Below are positions 48,716 to 57,704 of a stretch of DNA of 64,000 bases, in pieces (the first letter of the stretch is position 1; each line of letters opens with the position of its first letter). The translations under genes were made by a program, and so were the position numbers. The notes below the pieces were generated by a model. It did no database searches. It saw only the letters and a list, made by a program, of their open reading frames with translations, and was not told where the DNA came from. The stretch is from a virus (lineage: Duplodnaviria > Caudoviricetes). The DNA lies in the IMG/VR virus record IMGVR_UViG_3300005670_000019; one strand, given 5' to 3'.

Positions 48716-49018
48716 TCAAGGGTTTGGACGCTGTGCCTTCGTGGCATAGTAATACTCGTCCAATTCGAGCCTTTTGAACGAGGTGATATTTATGTCCCAT
48801 TTTGGGGACCCAATTACAAGGACACTGTATTTTCTTGGTTCATAAATCCCTTTTTCGAGGGTTGAAAACCATTCAAATTTCCACTTTCCTCTACCTGGGG
48901 CTGTAAAAACTCTCAAAAATCTGCGATCGGTAATGTACTCTTCCCATACCCAACCACCTTCGTCAAGAAATTGGAAAATTTTCCTCTTTTTCTTTTTGGG
49001 GTTCACAACTCCCTCCAC
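48716..49018 (-). CDS. Hypothetical protein
   Basis: Co-directional ORF. Confidence 0.5.
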   Translation of the reverse strand: MEGVVNPKKKKRKIFQFLDEGGWVWEEYITDRRFLRVFTAPGRGKWKFEWFSTLEKGIYEPRKYSVLVIGSPKWDINITSFKRLELDEYYYATKAQRPNP

Positions 49019-49491
49019 GCAAAAATTGTTGGATCGAAGTCTTTGATCATTTTTGAAAATAGATAGGCGTGAAAATCTACATCATTTATTGCAGTTGCAT
49101 TCAATGTTTCATGAAGTGAGGATGCCGGACTAAGCCAAATCAACTCTTGTTTGATCCAATTTTCTCTAAAGGATTTGAGATCATATTTTCTTTGGAAGTT
49201 GATACGCATCATAACCAATAACATGAGTGCCTCTTCAAGGGCATTGGATGTTGTAAAAAAGAGTTTTGGTCTGCGAAGTATATCTCTGATTTGAGCGTCA
49301 TGAAGGTCTGCTAACAAAACATCAACTTCCTTCTGTGTCTCCGTCGAAACTTCCGGAGTTTTCGATGTAATAACCGGAGATAAGTCTTCCGGTTTCTCTT
49401 CCCCATGGTAAGGGAGCATAACTATCTCTTGTGCTAGTGTTGGAGTTGTTTCTTCCTGCATCACAAACTTTTTCTTTTTGATTGCATTCAT
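49003..49491 (-). CDS. Hypothetical protein
   Basis: Co-directional ORF. Confidence 0.6.
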   Translation of the reverse strand: MNAIKKKKFVMQEETTPTLAQEIVMLPYHGEEKPEDLSPVITSKTPEVSTETQKEVDVLLADLHDAQIRDILRRPKLFFTTSNALEEALMLLVMMRINFQRKYDLKSFRENWIKQELIWLSPASSLHETLNATAINDVDFHAYLFSKMIKDFDPTIFAWREL

Positions 49492-49750
49492 CTTTGTAGT
49501 ATGATTTTTTCTTTGATGGCTGTTTAGTCAATACAACTTCATCATTGTTCTCATAGAAGCAATAGCCAAAAAAGAAGATTGAAAGAAGTATCGGAATGGA
49601 ACAAAACGTAAAAGTAAACTTTGGAAAAGAAAACCATTTCCAAAGAATCAATCCAAACAATCCAATAACGGCACCAATAACAAATAAAAACAAACCTAAA
49701 ATAAAACACAAAACTTTTATGACGATGTGTATTTCTGGTTTGTCTTCCAT
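49322..49750 (-). CDS. Hypothetical membrane protein
   Basis: GAGG RBS; two TM segments; 3' end overlaps the next ORF. Confidence 0.55.
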   Translation of the reverse strand: MEDKPEIHIVIKVLCFILGLFLFVIGAVIGLFGLILWKWFSFPKFTFTFCSIPILLSIFFFGYCFYENNDEVVLTKQPSKKKSYYKDECNQKEKVCDAGRNNSNTSTRDSYAPLPWGRETGRLISGYYIENSGSFDGDTEGS

Positions 49751-49767
49751 GTCAGTACCTCATTTAT

Positions 49768-49998
49768 TCAATCTGTGTCTTGCTGATACCAAGAAGAGTA
49801 CAGAGGATATCCATAATCTTCATCATAATCTTCCTCGGGATGTGTCATCGAATTGTTTTTCTGACCTTGTAGAGTTTCGTATTTTGAAAGAAGCGGTGCA
49901 GAGAAGTTCTGACAAGAAGGCGTAATGCATTCCGCAGAGATAAACAATAACTGACAAGGGTTTCCGCAACAGGGACAATTACTCCAATTCATCAACAT
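49768..49998 (-). CDS. Zinc-ribbon protein
   Basis: CPCC..C....C; GGAGG RBS. Confidence 0.6.
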   Translation of the reverse strand: MLMNWSNCPCCGNPCQLLFISAECITPSCQNFSAPLLSKYETLQGQKNNSMTHPEEDYDEDYGYPLYSSWYQQDTD

Positions 49999-50272
49999 CC
50001 TCTTTCTTATCTTTCTGTCTCTTATCTTGAAGCAACTTCTCTAAAAATTCAATCTTTAATTCAAGTCCGTGCGTTTCAGAAGAGCCTTCGTAAAAGGCAT
50101 GTTCGAGATTCCTCCAAAGAATTTCTCGTAACAAATCAAGTTTTTCTTCACTCAAATGAGCCGTCTCGGCAGAATAGAAAATTTCTTCGACTTCTTTCAT
50201 GAGGAGATCAATCACCTCAGTAAGAACTCGAATTTTTTTTCCTTCTTCAATCTGTTTTTCTTTTTTGCCCAC
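49979..50272 (-). CDS. Hypothetical protein
   Basis: TAATTA directly upstream. Confidence 0.55.
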   Translation of the reverse strand: MGKKEKQIEEGKKIRVLTEVIDLLMKEVEEIFYSAETAHLSEEKLDLLREILWRNLEHAFYEGSSETHGLELKIEFLEKLLQDKRQKDKKEDVDELE

Positions 50273-50295
50273 AACCTAATTAACCCGTTCAAACA

Positions 50296-50475
50296 TTACC
50301 CAAGAAGAGTATTTGAGGTCTTTTGTCTTTTTAGAAAGATTTTGTAGAATCTTTGGCTTTCAAAAACAGAAACTAACTCCCATCCATTCTCCCCATGTTC
50401 TGCTAATTTTTGTTCACAAACAAACATGTTTGGAACAGTTTCAACTTTATACTCCCACTTAGTCATATTCATCAT
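50296..50475 (-). CDS. DUF4177-like small protein
   Basis: KWEYK..L...G.NGWELVSV..FLKR; start trimmed to avoid the divergent gene. Confidence 0.7.
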   Translation of the reverse strand: MMNMTKWEYKVETVPNMFVCEQKLAEHGENGWELVSVFESQRFYKIFLKRQKTSNTLLG

Positions 50476-50494
50476 CTTTCTTCTATTTATTTTT

Positions 50495-51769
50495 ATGGCT
50501 CTACACGGTTTATATCGCTGTCTGCTAAACCCTTCAGGCGTTTCATATTCTACTTCAAACATTGTTGAAGTAGAATCGCAGAATGCATATGTAAATATCT
50601 TTAGATTTCTTTCAACCTTGACAGGATCAGGAGAAGTTTCAAGAATTGCATACAATATTGGTCATGTAAACTCTGGAGCTTTGGGAAATGGTCTTGGTTT
50701 TTGGGGAGAAGCTAACCAATGTGGAGGTAATGCTTGGTCTGTTTGGCGTTTCAACTCTGGAAGCAACCGAACATTTGATTTTTACATACTGTTTCAACAT
50801 GCGGGTGGTCAGTTCACGGCAACATTAGGAAATACTTCGGCTTCTTATGGGTTTATTCCAGTCGCCGATTCCACATATCCAAACACATATCGTGGAATGT
50901 TGGCTTATCAGATTGCTGCGTCCGTAGATCCAACAACCGGAATTTCTTCAAACCCTTGGAACGGCACAACAAACAATAATGGAACAGATGCAAAAGGAAC
51001 TCCAACATGGGTAACAGGCTCGGTTGGACATGATCTTTTTGTTGTTCCTGCTAACAATAACGAAAGACCAAACAAAGATAGTTTGGCAGCAATCTACTAT
51101 CGAGGAAATATTGCTACGGCATATCGATATGTAATGAACATACATTCATGGAATGATACCGATTTAGATGGAATGTTCTTCTCATTCTTTAGAGAAGATC
51201 AGTTTTCAAATAACCAATATTCTGCTGGGGGTCTTGATTATTTGGAACATGCTTGTTATATTGGAACTTATAAGCGAAGAGATTCTCTAACTGGGTCAGT
51301 CAAAGCTCCAATTGTTGGTGTCGGTGGTGATAGCATCCATAGTAGACCGCTCCAAAGTAATAGTAATCCCATCCTAATTCGTTCTGGTGCTGCTGGGATT
51401 GCGCTCTCTTCTTCAAATGTTGCAACACTTTATGCTTTCCCATTAGAAGGAATTGGAGGAATAATTTCTATTGCAAATCCAATGGGAATTGATCCTTCTT
51501 TTTTGAACAAGAAAGAAACTCATGAAATTTTCTTAGTTGCAACAGGAAGTACGGGTGGTTCGGCAGGAACCGGATCAGTTGGAATGGTTGGAAGCTTGGG
51601 AAACAATGTAAGAATTGCTTGGTCTATCTTGCCACTAGCTTGTAATCAAACACATATGATGGCGTCTTTACAGAACTCTTCAACAGTTGGAGGTGTCATT
51701 GTTCTTCCATGGTCAGGTTCAAATTCTTTTTGGACAGCAACGAGCCAATCTGGCTCAATATTATTTTGA
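50495..51769 (+). CDS. Probable virion fibre/decoration protein, paralog A
   Basis: G/S/T/N rich; start moved to ATG 50495, 5 nt after TATTTA. Confidence 0.65.
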   Translation: MALHGLYRCLLNPSGVSYSTSNIVEVESQNAYVNIFRFLSTLTGSGEVSRIAYNIGHVNSGALGNGLGFWGEANQCGGNAWSVWRFNSGSNRTFDFYILFQHAGGQFTATLGNTSASYGFIPVADSTYPNTYRGMLAYQIAASVDPTTGISSNPWNGTTNNNGTDAKGTPTWVTGSVGHDLFVVPANNNERPNKDSLAAIYYRGNIATAYRYVMNIHSWNDTDLDGMFFSFFREDQFSNNQYSAGGLDYLEHACYIGTYKRRDSLTGSVKAPIVGVGGDSIHSRPLQSNSNPILIRSGAAGIALSSSNVATLYAFPLEGIGGIISIANPMGIDPSFLNKKETHEIFLVATGSTGGSAGTGSVGMVGSLGNNVRIAWSILPLACNQTHMMASLQNSSTVGGVIVLPWSGSNSFWTATSQSGSILF

Positions 51770-51778
51770 GGATTGAAT

Positions 51779-52981
51779 ATGCCTATTTTTGCAGCAGTCG
51801 ATTGTGTAACCAACAGTGGTTCAATCAACAACAACTACATAAACGCAAATGAACTTTATGTTACTTGCTATAATGTTCTATTAGCAGCTCAAACAGCAGG
51901 ACATGTAACAAGAATTGCTTATGGAACTGGTTCTGCTGTTTCAGGAGCCTTGGGAACTGGAGTTGGATATTGGGACACTGGCAACGCTTCTGGTGGAAAC
52001 TCTTTTTCTGTTTGGAGGTTCAACTCTTCGTCGTATCGTTCATATGAGTTTTATTTGTATCTTGGATATGCAGCAACCGGAACAACGATTGGTGCAGAAC
52101 CAAGTCAGTCTCTTCAAAGAAACACAACTTCAACCTTGTATTCTCCTTTGATTTTCCAAATAGCCACATCTTTCAATCCAAATACAGGAGTTACAACAAA
52201 TCCTTGGAATGGGACGACTAACAATAACGGTACAGATACTTTCAATACACTGACCTCAACAATGTGGAGATCAGCTTCCGCAGGAAACATTCTTCATGTT
52301 TACCCAATGGGAAACACAACCGATAGTACATTCACTGGAAGTCGAAATCTTGTTGGATTGTTAGCCTCGGGTCTTGGAGCAACCAATCCAATGAGATTCA
52401 ACTTTTACGTTGCTGCTGGCACGCAAGGTGACGGAATTTTGATGACATACAAACCGAATGCTGCAAATGACACAGTTTGGAAGTGGAACTTTGCAACCAC
52501 TTATTCACCAAGAGTAGAAATCTCGTCTTCTATCAAAGTTCCACTTGTTTATTGCTCCAATGATGAAAGTTCCAATGATTTTTCAACTTCAATCACAACA
52601 GTTACTTGGCTGTCTGGTTCAAGTGGTATTGCATTGCCAAACAATCAACTTGGAAATCCATTTTTTGCTGATGTTGAATGGTGGGCAAAACCAGGAAACG
52701 TTCCAATGAACTCTTTCCTTGGAACACAACCAGCTCAAGAACTTTCTTATCCTCAACTTTGTATCAATGGAAATGTCGGAATTGGATTTCTTGGAGCAAT
52801 TGATAGTCCATTGATGAAGATTGTTGGTGGTCTATCAACAGACAGTCTTGTAAACTCACAAAATAACGTGATTTTCGGAGCGACCGGGGGAACTGCCACA
52901 TTGAAACTTATGGCACCATGGAGTTCATCAGTTGGAGCCGTTCCCGGAACATTGAACTACAGAACAGGAAGTACATTCTAA
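51779..52981 (+). CDS. Probable virion fibre/decoration protein, paralog B
   Basis: Shares RIAY..SGALG..GGN..SVWRFNS and NPWNGTTNNNGTD with paralog A; GAGG RBS. Confidence 0.65.
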   Translation: MPIFAAVDCVTNSGSINNNYINANELYVTCYNVLLAAQTAGHVTRIAYGTGSAVSGALGTGVGYWDTGNASGGNSFSVWRFNSSSYRSYEFYLYLGYAATGTTIGAEPSQSLQRNTTSTLYSPLIFQIATSFNPNTGVTTNPWNGTTNNNGTDTFNTLTSTMWRSASAGNILHVYPMGNTTDSTFTGSRNLVGLLASGLGATNPMRFNFYVAAGTQGDGILMTYKPNAANDTVWKWNFATTYSPRVEISSSIKVPLVYCSNDESSNDFSTSITTVTWLSGSSGIALPNNQLGNPFFADVEWWAKPGNVPMNSFLGTQPAQELSYPQLCINGNVGIGFLGAIDSPLMKIVGGLSTDSLVNSQNNVIFGATGGTATLKLMAPWSSSVGAVPGTLNYRTGSTF

Positions 52982-53214
52982 TGTCAGTAAATCTTCCATT
53001 CTCTTCACCTATTTCGTCCTCGATGGCAATTTCAAATGCTTTCAATTTTGATCCTGTTAATGCAGCAGGTGTTGGTCTTTCAATAGAAACAACAACAGAA
53101 AGTTCCGGAGATCCTGTGCCGATCTATCGTGGCATCTCCGGAGGTTCTTTTGTATATTCTGTCGGAATCCCTCCCGGCGGTGCAACATTCATAACCATCA
53201 TTGGCTACAAATGA
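52981..53214 (+). CDS. Small probable structural protein
   Basis: TAATG coupling; S/G rich. Confidence 0.6.
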   Translation: MSVNLPFSSPISSSMAISNAFNFDPVNAAGVGLSIETTTESSGDPVPIYRGISGGSFVYSVGIPPGGATFITIIGYK

Positions 53215-53215
53215 A

Positions 53216-53243
53216 AAAAGAGGCTCATTTTTGAGCCTCTTTT
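53216..53243. terminator. Bidirectional intrinsic terminator
   Basis: AAAAGAGGCTCA-TTTT-TGAGCCTCTTTT between convergent units. Confidence 0.85.
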
Positions 53244-53255
53244 CTTTTCTAAACT

Positions 53256-53638
53256 TGGTGGACACGACGGGGAATTGAACCCCGTGTCCAAAAAAACCTT
53301 AGAACTTCTTTTACGTTGCCTATGTAGTTTCCGCTTTTGCTGAGGAACTTTCGTTCGACTGCCAGGAAGCTCAGCGCATCTACCAACTGTCCTGTTTTCT
53401 TTACCCAAATCTCGTTCTGTAGTTAATGGTAAAGTGGTTCACTACAAAACCAGTCTTCTAAAATGATGCAACAAGAACTACGAAGACTTCTCATGCTTGT
53501 CACACCTCTTACTCAAGCGGCAAGAGGAAGGTATGCGTTTTCTGCATTTGTTTTTGAACACAGTATTTGATTGGTTATGTTCGCCCAATACAACGTGGAT
53601 ACATTCCTTGTGTTTCTCTGTCGAAACCTGTCATGCCC
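53256..53638 (-). ncRNA. ssrA: tmRNA
   Basis: 5' GGGCATGACAGGTTTCGAC; 3' T-arm CGGGG-TTCAATT-CCCCG then CGTGTCC-ACCA; acceptor stem with G3.U; tag frame 53545-53513 encodes AENAYLPLAA*; 383 nt. Confidence 0.95.
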
Positions 53639-53709
53639 GTAATTTTGAGGTCCGTAAGACCTCGTTCCAGTTTTACATCATAGAGGATCATGCATCATTG
53701 AAGGAAATG

Positions 53710-54264
53710 TTATTTCACCTCACTTAGAGAATAAATAAGTTGGTCCAATTCAATCCAACCAACAATTTCGTTCTCTTCAAAAGAGAACGAACCTAACTTT
53801 TTTTCAAAGTAATTCATAATTGAATCGATCATGTTATGAACTATCTTATTTGCGGATTTTTCCAAAACTGGAAATCTCAATGGATGAGGTTTTAGGTCCG
53901 TCAATTTTGGAAACTGACATGAATACCTTGTTGGACGAAGCAAGGCATTCACATGATATTGAACATGTAAAAGTATCTCTTTGCTTGCTTCGAAGTTATA
54001 AATGACATACCTTCGACCCCAAGAATATTCTTCAAAATCATCTTGATCCATCGCATCAGATTTTAGTTGAAGAATCTCACCTTCGAACACTTCAAAGAAG
54101 CAGATTTTGTCTTTGCTCAAATCATAGGCAATTCCTGAAATCGGACCATCCCAATAAGAATGAGTTGATAGTGTCAGAAATTTCCCATCCAGTTTCGGAT
54201 ACTTGTTTTTTACATCAATAAAAACTTTTGAAGATGTAATTTTGTTACTATCAACTAACGACAT
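53710..54264 (-). CDS. Hypothetical protein
   Basis: AAGGA RBS; YWDGPISG motif. Confidence 0.7.
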   Translation of the reverse strand: MSLVDSNKITSSKVFIDVKNKYPKLDGKFLTLSTHSYWDGPISGIAYDLSKDKICFFEVFEGEILQLKSDAMDQDDFEEYSWGRRYVIYNFEASKEILLHVQYHVNALLRPTRYSCQFPKLTDLKPHPLRFPVLEKSANKIVHNMIDSIMNYFEKKLGSFSFEENEIVGWIELDQLIYSLSEVK

Positions 54265-54273
54265 ATCGTTCCT

Positions 54274-54777
54274 TCATGCGCCGGTCTTGCGACGCGGACG
54301 GGGTGGTGTTGAAGGGGAAGGTTTTTCCTTTTTTTCAGTCTTTTGTTCAAGAGGATTGTCTTCAACAATTGGAAGACGCCTGCGTGGTGCAAGAGGCGGC
54401 GTTTGCATATATCCAGAAGACCCGAAACCTTGTACGGGCAAAGGTGCTGGTTGATTTGTTTCGTTTGTTGTGAGGCTTTGCGTATTCAAATGCTTTGATT
54501 GAATACTGTCAATCATTTTCTTCAATCGAGACTGTTCAGCTTCTACTTGATTTTTCAATTCTAAGAAAGCTGAAATCTCTTTCTTGTCAACTAAGAGGAA
54601 GCCTGTCATCAAAAATATGATGACAGAACAAACCAAGAGAAATAATCCAAATCCTGACAAGGAGCTTTGAGCAAAAATAAATCCTGCCAATGCTGCCATC
54701 ATGTTACTTAGATTGATTTTACTTACCACCTTATCAAAGAGGTTCGAAGCTTTTTGGAAAAAGTCAAGGACTGTCAT
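54274..54777 (-). CDS. Hypothetical membrane protein
   Basis: TM segments, coiled coil and Pro/basic tail; GGAG RBS. Confidence 0.65.
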   Translation of the reverse strand: MTVLDFFQKASNLFDKVVSKINLSNMMAALAGFIFAQSSLSGFGLFLLVCSVIIFLMTGFLLVDKKEISAFLELKNQVEAEQSRLKKMIDSIQSKHLNTQSLTTNETNQPAPLPVQGFGSSGYMQTPPLAPRRRLPIVEDNPLEQKTEKKEKPSPSTPPRPRRKTGA

Positions 54778-54921
54778 TGTTCAATCGTACTCCATGATGG
54801 ATTATCATTCAATCGTTCAGAGCCATCAGGAGGCTCTCTGTGGTCATCAAAAGAAGAAGATGAAGATTGGTACCTTCCAAATATCAAAAGCCCCTCGAAG
54901 GCTTTTGATTTATTCTAAAGG

Positions 54922-55092
54922 TCAATCGAAGATACTTACCTCAAATCCAAAAAGAACAAAGAACTTGTCTCCTTGGGTGTTGTTACTTCTGGTAAAGAAC
55001 CAATTCGGAAACACGTCCTTGTCCCAACTCTCACGGAAAGCCGAAAACGTCAGCCATCGGATATAAAGATTGTCACTTACCCACAAAATCAT
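54922..55092 (-). CDS. 56-aa hypothetical protein, not in the ORF track
   Basis: MILWVSDNLY..; ATGA coupling and GGAG RBS. Confidence 0.5.
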   Translation of the reverse strand: MILWVSDNLYIRWLTFSAFRESWDKDVFPNWFFTRSNNTQGDKFFVLFGFEVSIFD

Positions 55093-55421
55093 TGTTCTTC
55101 TCCTTCTGGAATTTCCCTGCCAAAGTAGATAACATGATTAGGAATATCTACGGGACCGCTGCCAACAAGTCGGCATGTTGGACAGGTTGTATAACCCTCA
55201 ATATTTCGAGGGTCAGAGTTACACTCTGGACAAGCATCGAGCTCAAACTCTGCTAGAGTACGAATGCTGTCGGACCACGAATCCAAAATTCGAAGGTCAG
55301 GGCGATTATCCTGAATGAAGATAATCATCATAAGGTGAGGCTTTTCAGGAACGGTTTCCTGGGCGTCTTCTTCATCCATTTCAGCCACCATTGCGACGGA
55401 ATTGTTTGTTGCTGATGTCAT
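55089..55421 (-). CDS. Zinc-ribbon protein
   Basis: CPEC..CPTC. Confidence 0.65.
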   Translation of the reverse strand: MTSATNNSVAMVAEMDEEDAQETVPEKPHLMMIIFIQDNRPDLRILDSWSDSIRTLAEFELDACPECNSDPRNIEGYTTCPTCRLVGSGPVDIPNHVIYFGREIPEGEEQ

Positions 55422-55824
55422 AAATGTATCCTTCTTCTTTTATCGGCTCGTCGATGCAGTTTGTAAGATAAAAATCAATTTCTTGCCACTTGCAAGAAAA
55501 GATGAGGGTTGTTGTTTCTGGAGAAAACAGATGAAACTTTGTTGTTGGGTTCTGTCCAACAGCCTCAACAAAGATTTCACTTACAAAGTAAACAGTTTGT
55601 GGATCAAGGTCCTTCCAAAGGACGTAGTCATATTCGTAAGGTGGAGTTTTACTTGAATAAGTTTTATGCTTCGTTTGCATCCACTGCCTGTATTGGAAAG
55701 AGCTTGGATCACATTCTCTTTTCGAACCAAGTATTGCAAGACGCCAGGCGGGCATACGTTGCGTGAATTTCACAAACTTATGCAGAAACTCATTCTGTGC
55801 TGTCTCTTGTAGGTGAATGGTCAT
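55381..55824 (-). CDS. Hypothetical protein
   Basis: Co-directional ORF. Confidence 0.6.
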   Translation of the reverse strand: MTIHLQETAQNEFLHKFVKFTQRMPAWRLAILGSKRECDPSSFQYRQWMQTKHKTYSSKTPPYEYDYVLWKDLDPQTVYFVSEIFVEAVGQNPTTKFHLFSPETTTLIFSCKWQEIDFYLTNCIDEPIKEEGYIYDISNKQFRRNGG

Positions 55825-55975
55825 TGGAAAACATTTTCAAAACTTCATATTTTGAAGTTAGTTTGACTTCTAAAGCTTCAACTGTTTTACTCAGAGGCAT
55901 ATGCCTCAAAGCATTTAGAAGCGTTTTGATCTCTTCTAATGAGAGTTGAATATCAGTCATCGATGTTTGGTCCAA
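55790..55975 (-). CDS. Hypothetical protein
   Basis: Co-directional ORF. Confidence 0.5.
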   Translation of the reverse strand: MDQTSMTDIQLSLEEIKTLLNALRHMPLSKTVEALEVKLTSKYEVLKMFSNDHSPTRDSTE

Positions 55976-56174
55976 GCTTCAAGTCTGCATCCGAAATATC
56001 AAAATCGGTCGGCATGAACTGTGGCTTGGAAGAATTCAAAGCCATGCCCGTCGTGCAGAGATAACAAAAATGTTCTGGGTTTGCTGCCCGAACAATTTCT
56101 GCCATTGGCTGTCCCTTGTGTACAGGGCAAAACTCTTTTACGTTCAACTTGCGGTTATTGTCTTTTTCTCTCAT
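55953..56174 (-). CDS. Small Zn-binding protein
   Basis: CPVH..CYLC; ATG 6 nt after promoter TTGATT-N17-TATCTT (56181-56209). Confidence 0.6.
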   Translation of the reverse strand: MREKDNNRKLNVKEFCPVHKGQPMAEIVRAANPEHFCYLCTTGMALNSSKPQFMPTDFDISDADLKLGPNIDD

Positions 56175-56246
56175 GGATCAAAGATAACAGGTTTTGCTGG
56201 AGAAATCAAGGGAAATATCAAGAAGCTGGAGATTGTGGTCTGTTGA

Positions 56247-56268
56247 GTGGAAGATAACCAATTAGAGA
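56247..56268 (+). repeat. 22-bp dispersed motif, copy 4
   Basis: GTGGAAGATAACCAATTAGAGA. Confidence 0.85.
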
Positions 56269-56640
56269 GACTCACAGTGGACATGCAAGGTCAAGAAACA
56301 CAAAAGGACTGGTGTTGTTCCAGTCCTTATCGCTCGTTTATTCTTAGTGTTGGTGGCTCTTACTTTGCCTATTCGTTATCAAACGACGCCGAACCTTTAC
56401 GACATTCGGCAAAGCTTACCACGAATATAGGACCGTCCCTTGAGTTTGAGAACTTCATTATTCTTCGATCAGACTTTCTTTGAACTTCTTGATTTTCTTT
56501 AGAGCCTCAAAGAAATCAATTCCCGGGTGAGATTTGATTTCCAATCCACCTGACTGAATTATCAGTTTACGGCTATCCGCATCCCAAGTACAGTAGTAGG
56601 ACTTTTTATCTTCAATTTTTACGAAGATACTGTCCATTCT

Positions 56641-56847
56641 TCATCGTCCAACCTTTCGTGAAGCAAGAACGACACGAAGGATTGCACTTTCGTCATTTAG
56701 ACTGTCGCCCCACGTCGGGTCCATCACGCGAATCCGAGCATTCAAAAGCTCGATTGCCTTCTCTTCCTCATCTGTCAGTTCAAGTTCAGACATAGCAATT
56801 TGCTCTGCCGTGTAATTATCCATGAACTTTTGATTACTGTCGGTCAT
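56641..56847 (-). CDS. Hypothetical protein
   Basis: GGAGG RBS; ATGA overlap. Confidence 0.6.
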   Translation of the reverse strand: MTDSNQKFMDNYTAEQIAMSELELTDEEEKAIELLNARIRVMDPTWGDSLNDESAILRVVLASRKVGR

Positions 56848-57410
56848 GATGAACCTCCGGCTTTTATGAAGCTAATCTTTTGCCCACAGTCCAGACACTT
56901 CCACTCATGCTCCGTCCCAAGTCTAATGGCTTTGGCAAAAGTGTGGTAATGTGCCCAGGAGTGGGTTCGAATTTTCTTTTCGCGAATGCGCTTAATTTGT
57001 TTATCGTGATTTTGATTTGCCATCAAAATGAATGTTGCCTTCGAGGGCTTTCCCGCGGAGGTTTGCGCAGGAATAGGAGAATTTTCAATCTCCCGAATAA
57101 GCTTCAGTTTCTTCGCTTCAAGAAACTTTTCGGCGACTTCCAAGTCGCAATCTTCTTTTCCAACAAGAAAGTTTAGTGCCTGGAAGAGGAAAATGAAGGT
57201 ATTTTCCTGAAAAGTCTCTGCAACTTCTCTAAGTTGCAAGACTTGAAATTCGTTGGCATCCGAAATCTTCGATTCCTTGAGGACGTTCTCAACGAGCTGC
57301 CTAAAGGATTGTTTGTCGAAGGTGAATTTATCGTATAGCGTGTACTGCCTTGTATGCTCCATACTTCTTCTCAATGTCGGACTGTGCAGTCCTTCCACCA
57401 TCCGCAACAA
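56844..57410 (-). CDS. Hypothetical protein (start uncertain; C-terminal CxxC)
   Basis: Co-directional ORF. Confidence 0.6.
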   Translation of the reverse strand: MLRMVEGLHSPTLRRSMEHTRQYTLYDKFTFDKQSFRQLVENVLKESKISDANEFQVLQLREVAETFQENTFIFLFQALNFLVGKEDCDLEVAEKFLEAKKLKLIREIENSPIPAQTSAGKPSKATFILMANQNHDKQIKRIREKKIRTHSWAHYHTFAKAIRLGTEHEWKCLDCGQKISFIKAGGSS

Positions 57411-57682
57411 ATCGTCCCATGCACCTCTCGGACCGTCACCGTGCCATCAGCATTGACAACGTTGCGCTTTGCTCGAAAATGGCTCTTGAAGGTGTCGTCG
57501 TCGCTACATGAGAAAGGTGCCCAATCTTCAACCACCACGTCATGAAAACCTTCGTCTCCAAGAACGTCTTCGGCATCCGATTGGCTGACCTGACAACCAA
57601 TCGACGAAAGAAATACGAGGCTCAAGACAAGCAAAAGGTTCAAAACCATTTGCGAAACAAGAAAAGTTCTGTTCTTCATCAT
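57371..57682 (-). CDS. Putative lipoprotein
   Basis: Signal peptide ending SIGC; C-terminal CCG..K.CTVR. Confidence 0.65.
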   Translation of the reverse strand: MMKNRTFLVSQMVLNLLLVLSLVFLSSIGCQVSQSDAEDVLGDEGFHDVVVEDWAPFSCSDDDTFKSHFRAKRNVVNADGTVTVREVHGTICCGWWKDCTVRH

Positions 57683-57704
57683 TGTCTTTCCGTGAGAAGT
57701 TTCT

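Noticed and set aside
53570-53581. Partial match AACATAACCAAT to the 22-bp motif inside tmRNA
   Set aside because: Only 12 nt in an AT-rich genome; plausible by chance.
9296-56483. 22-bp motif as the start of a peptide family (ME(H/D)NQLE)
   Set aside because: Downstream frames are unrelated in length and sequence, there is no synonymous variation and no RBS; a DNA- or RNA-level role fits better.
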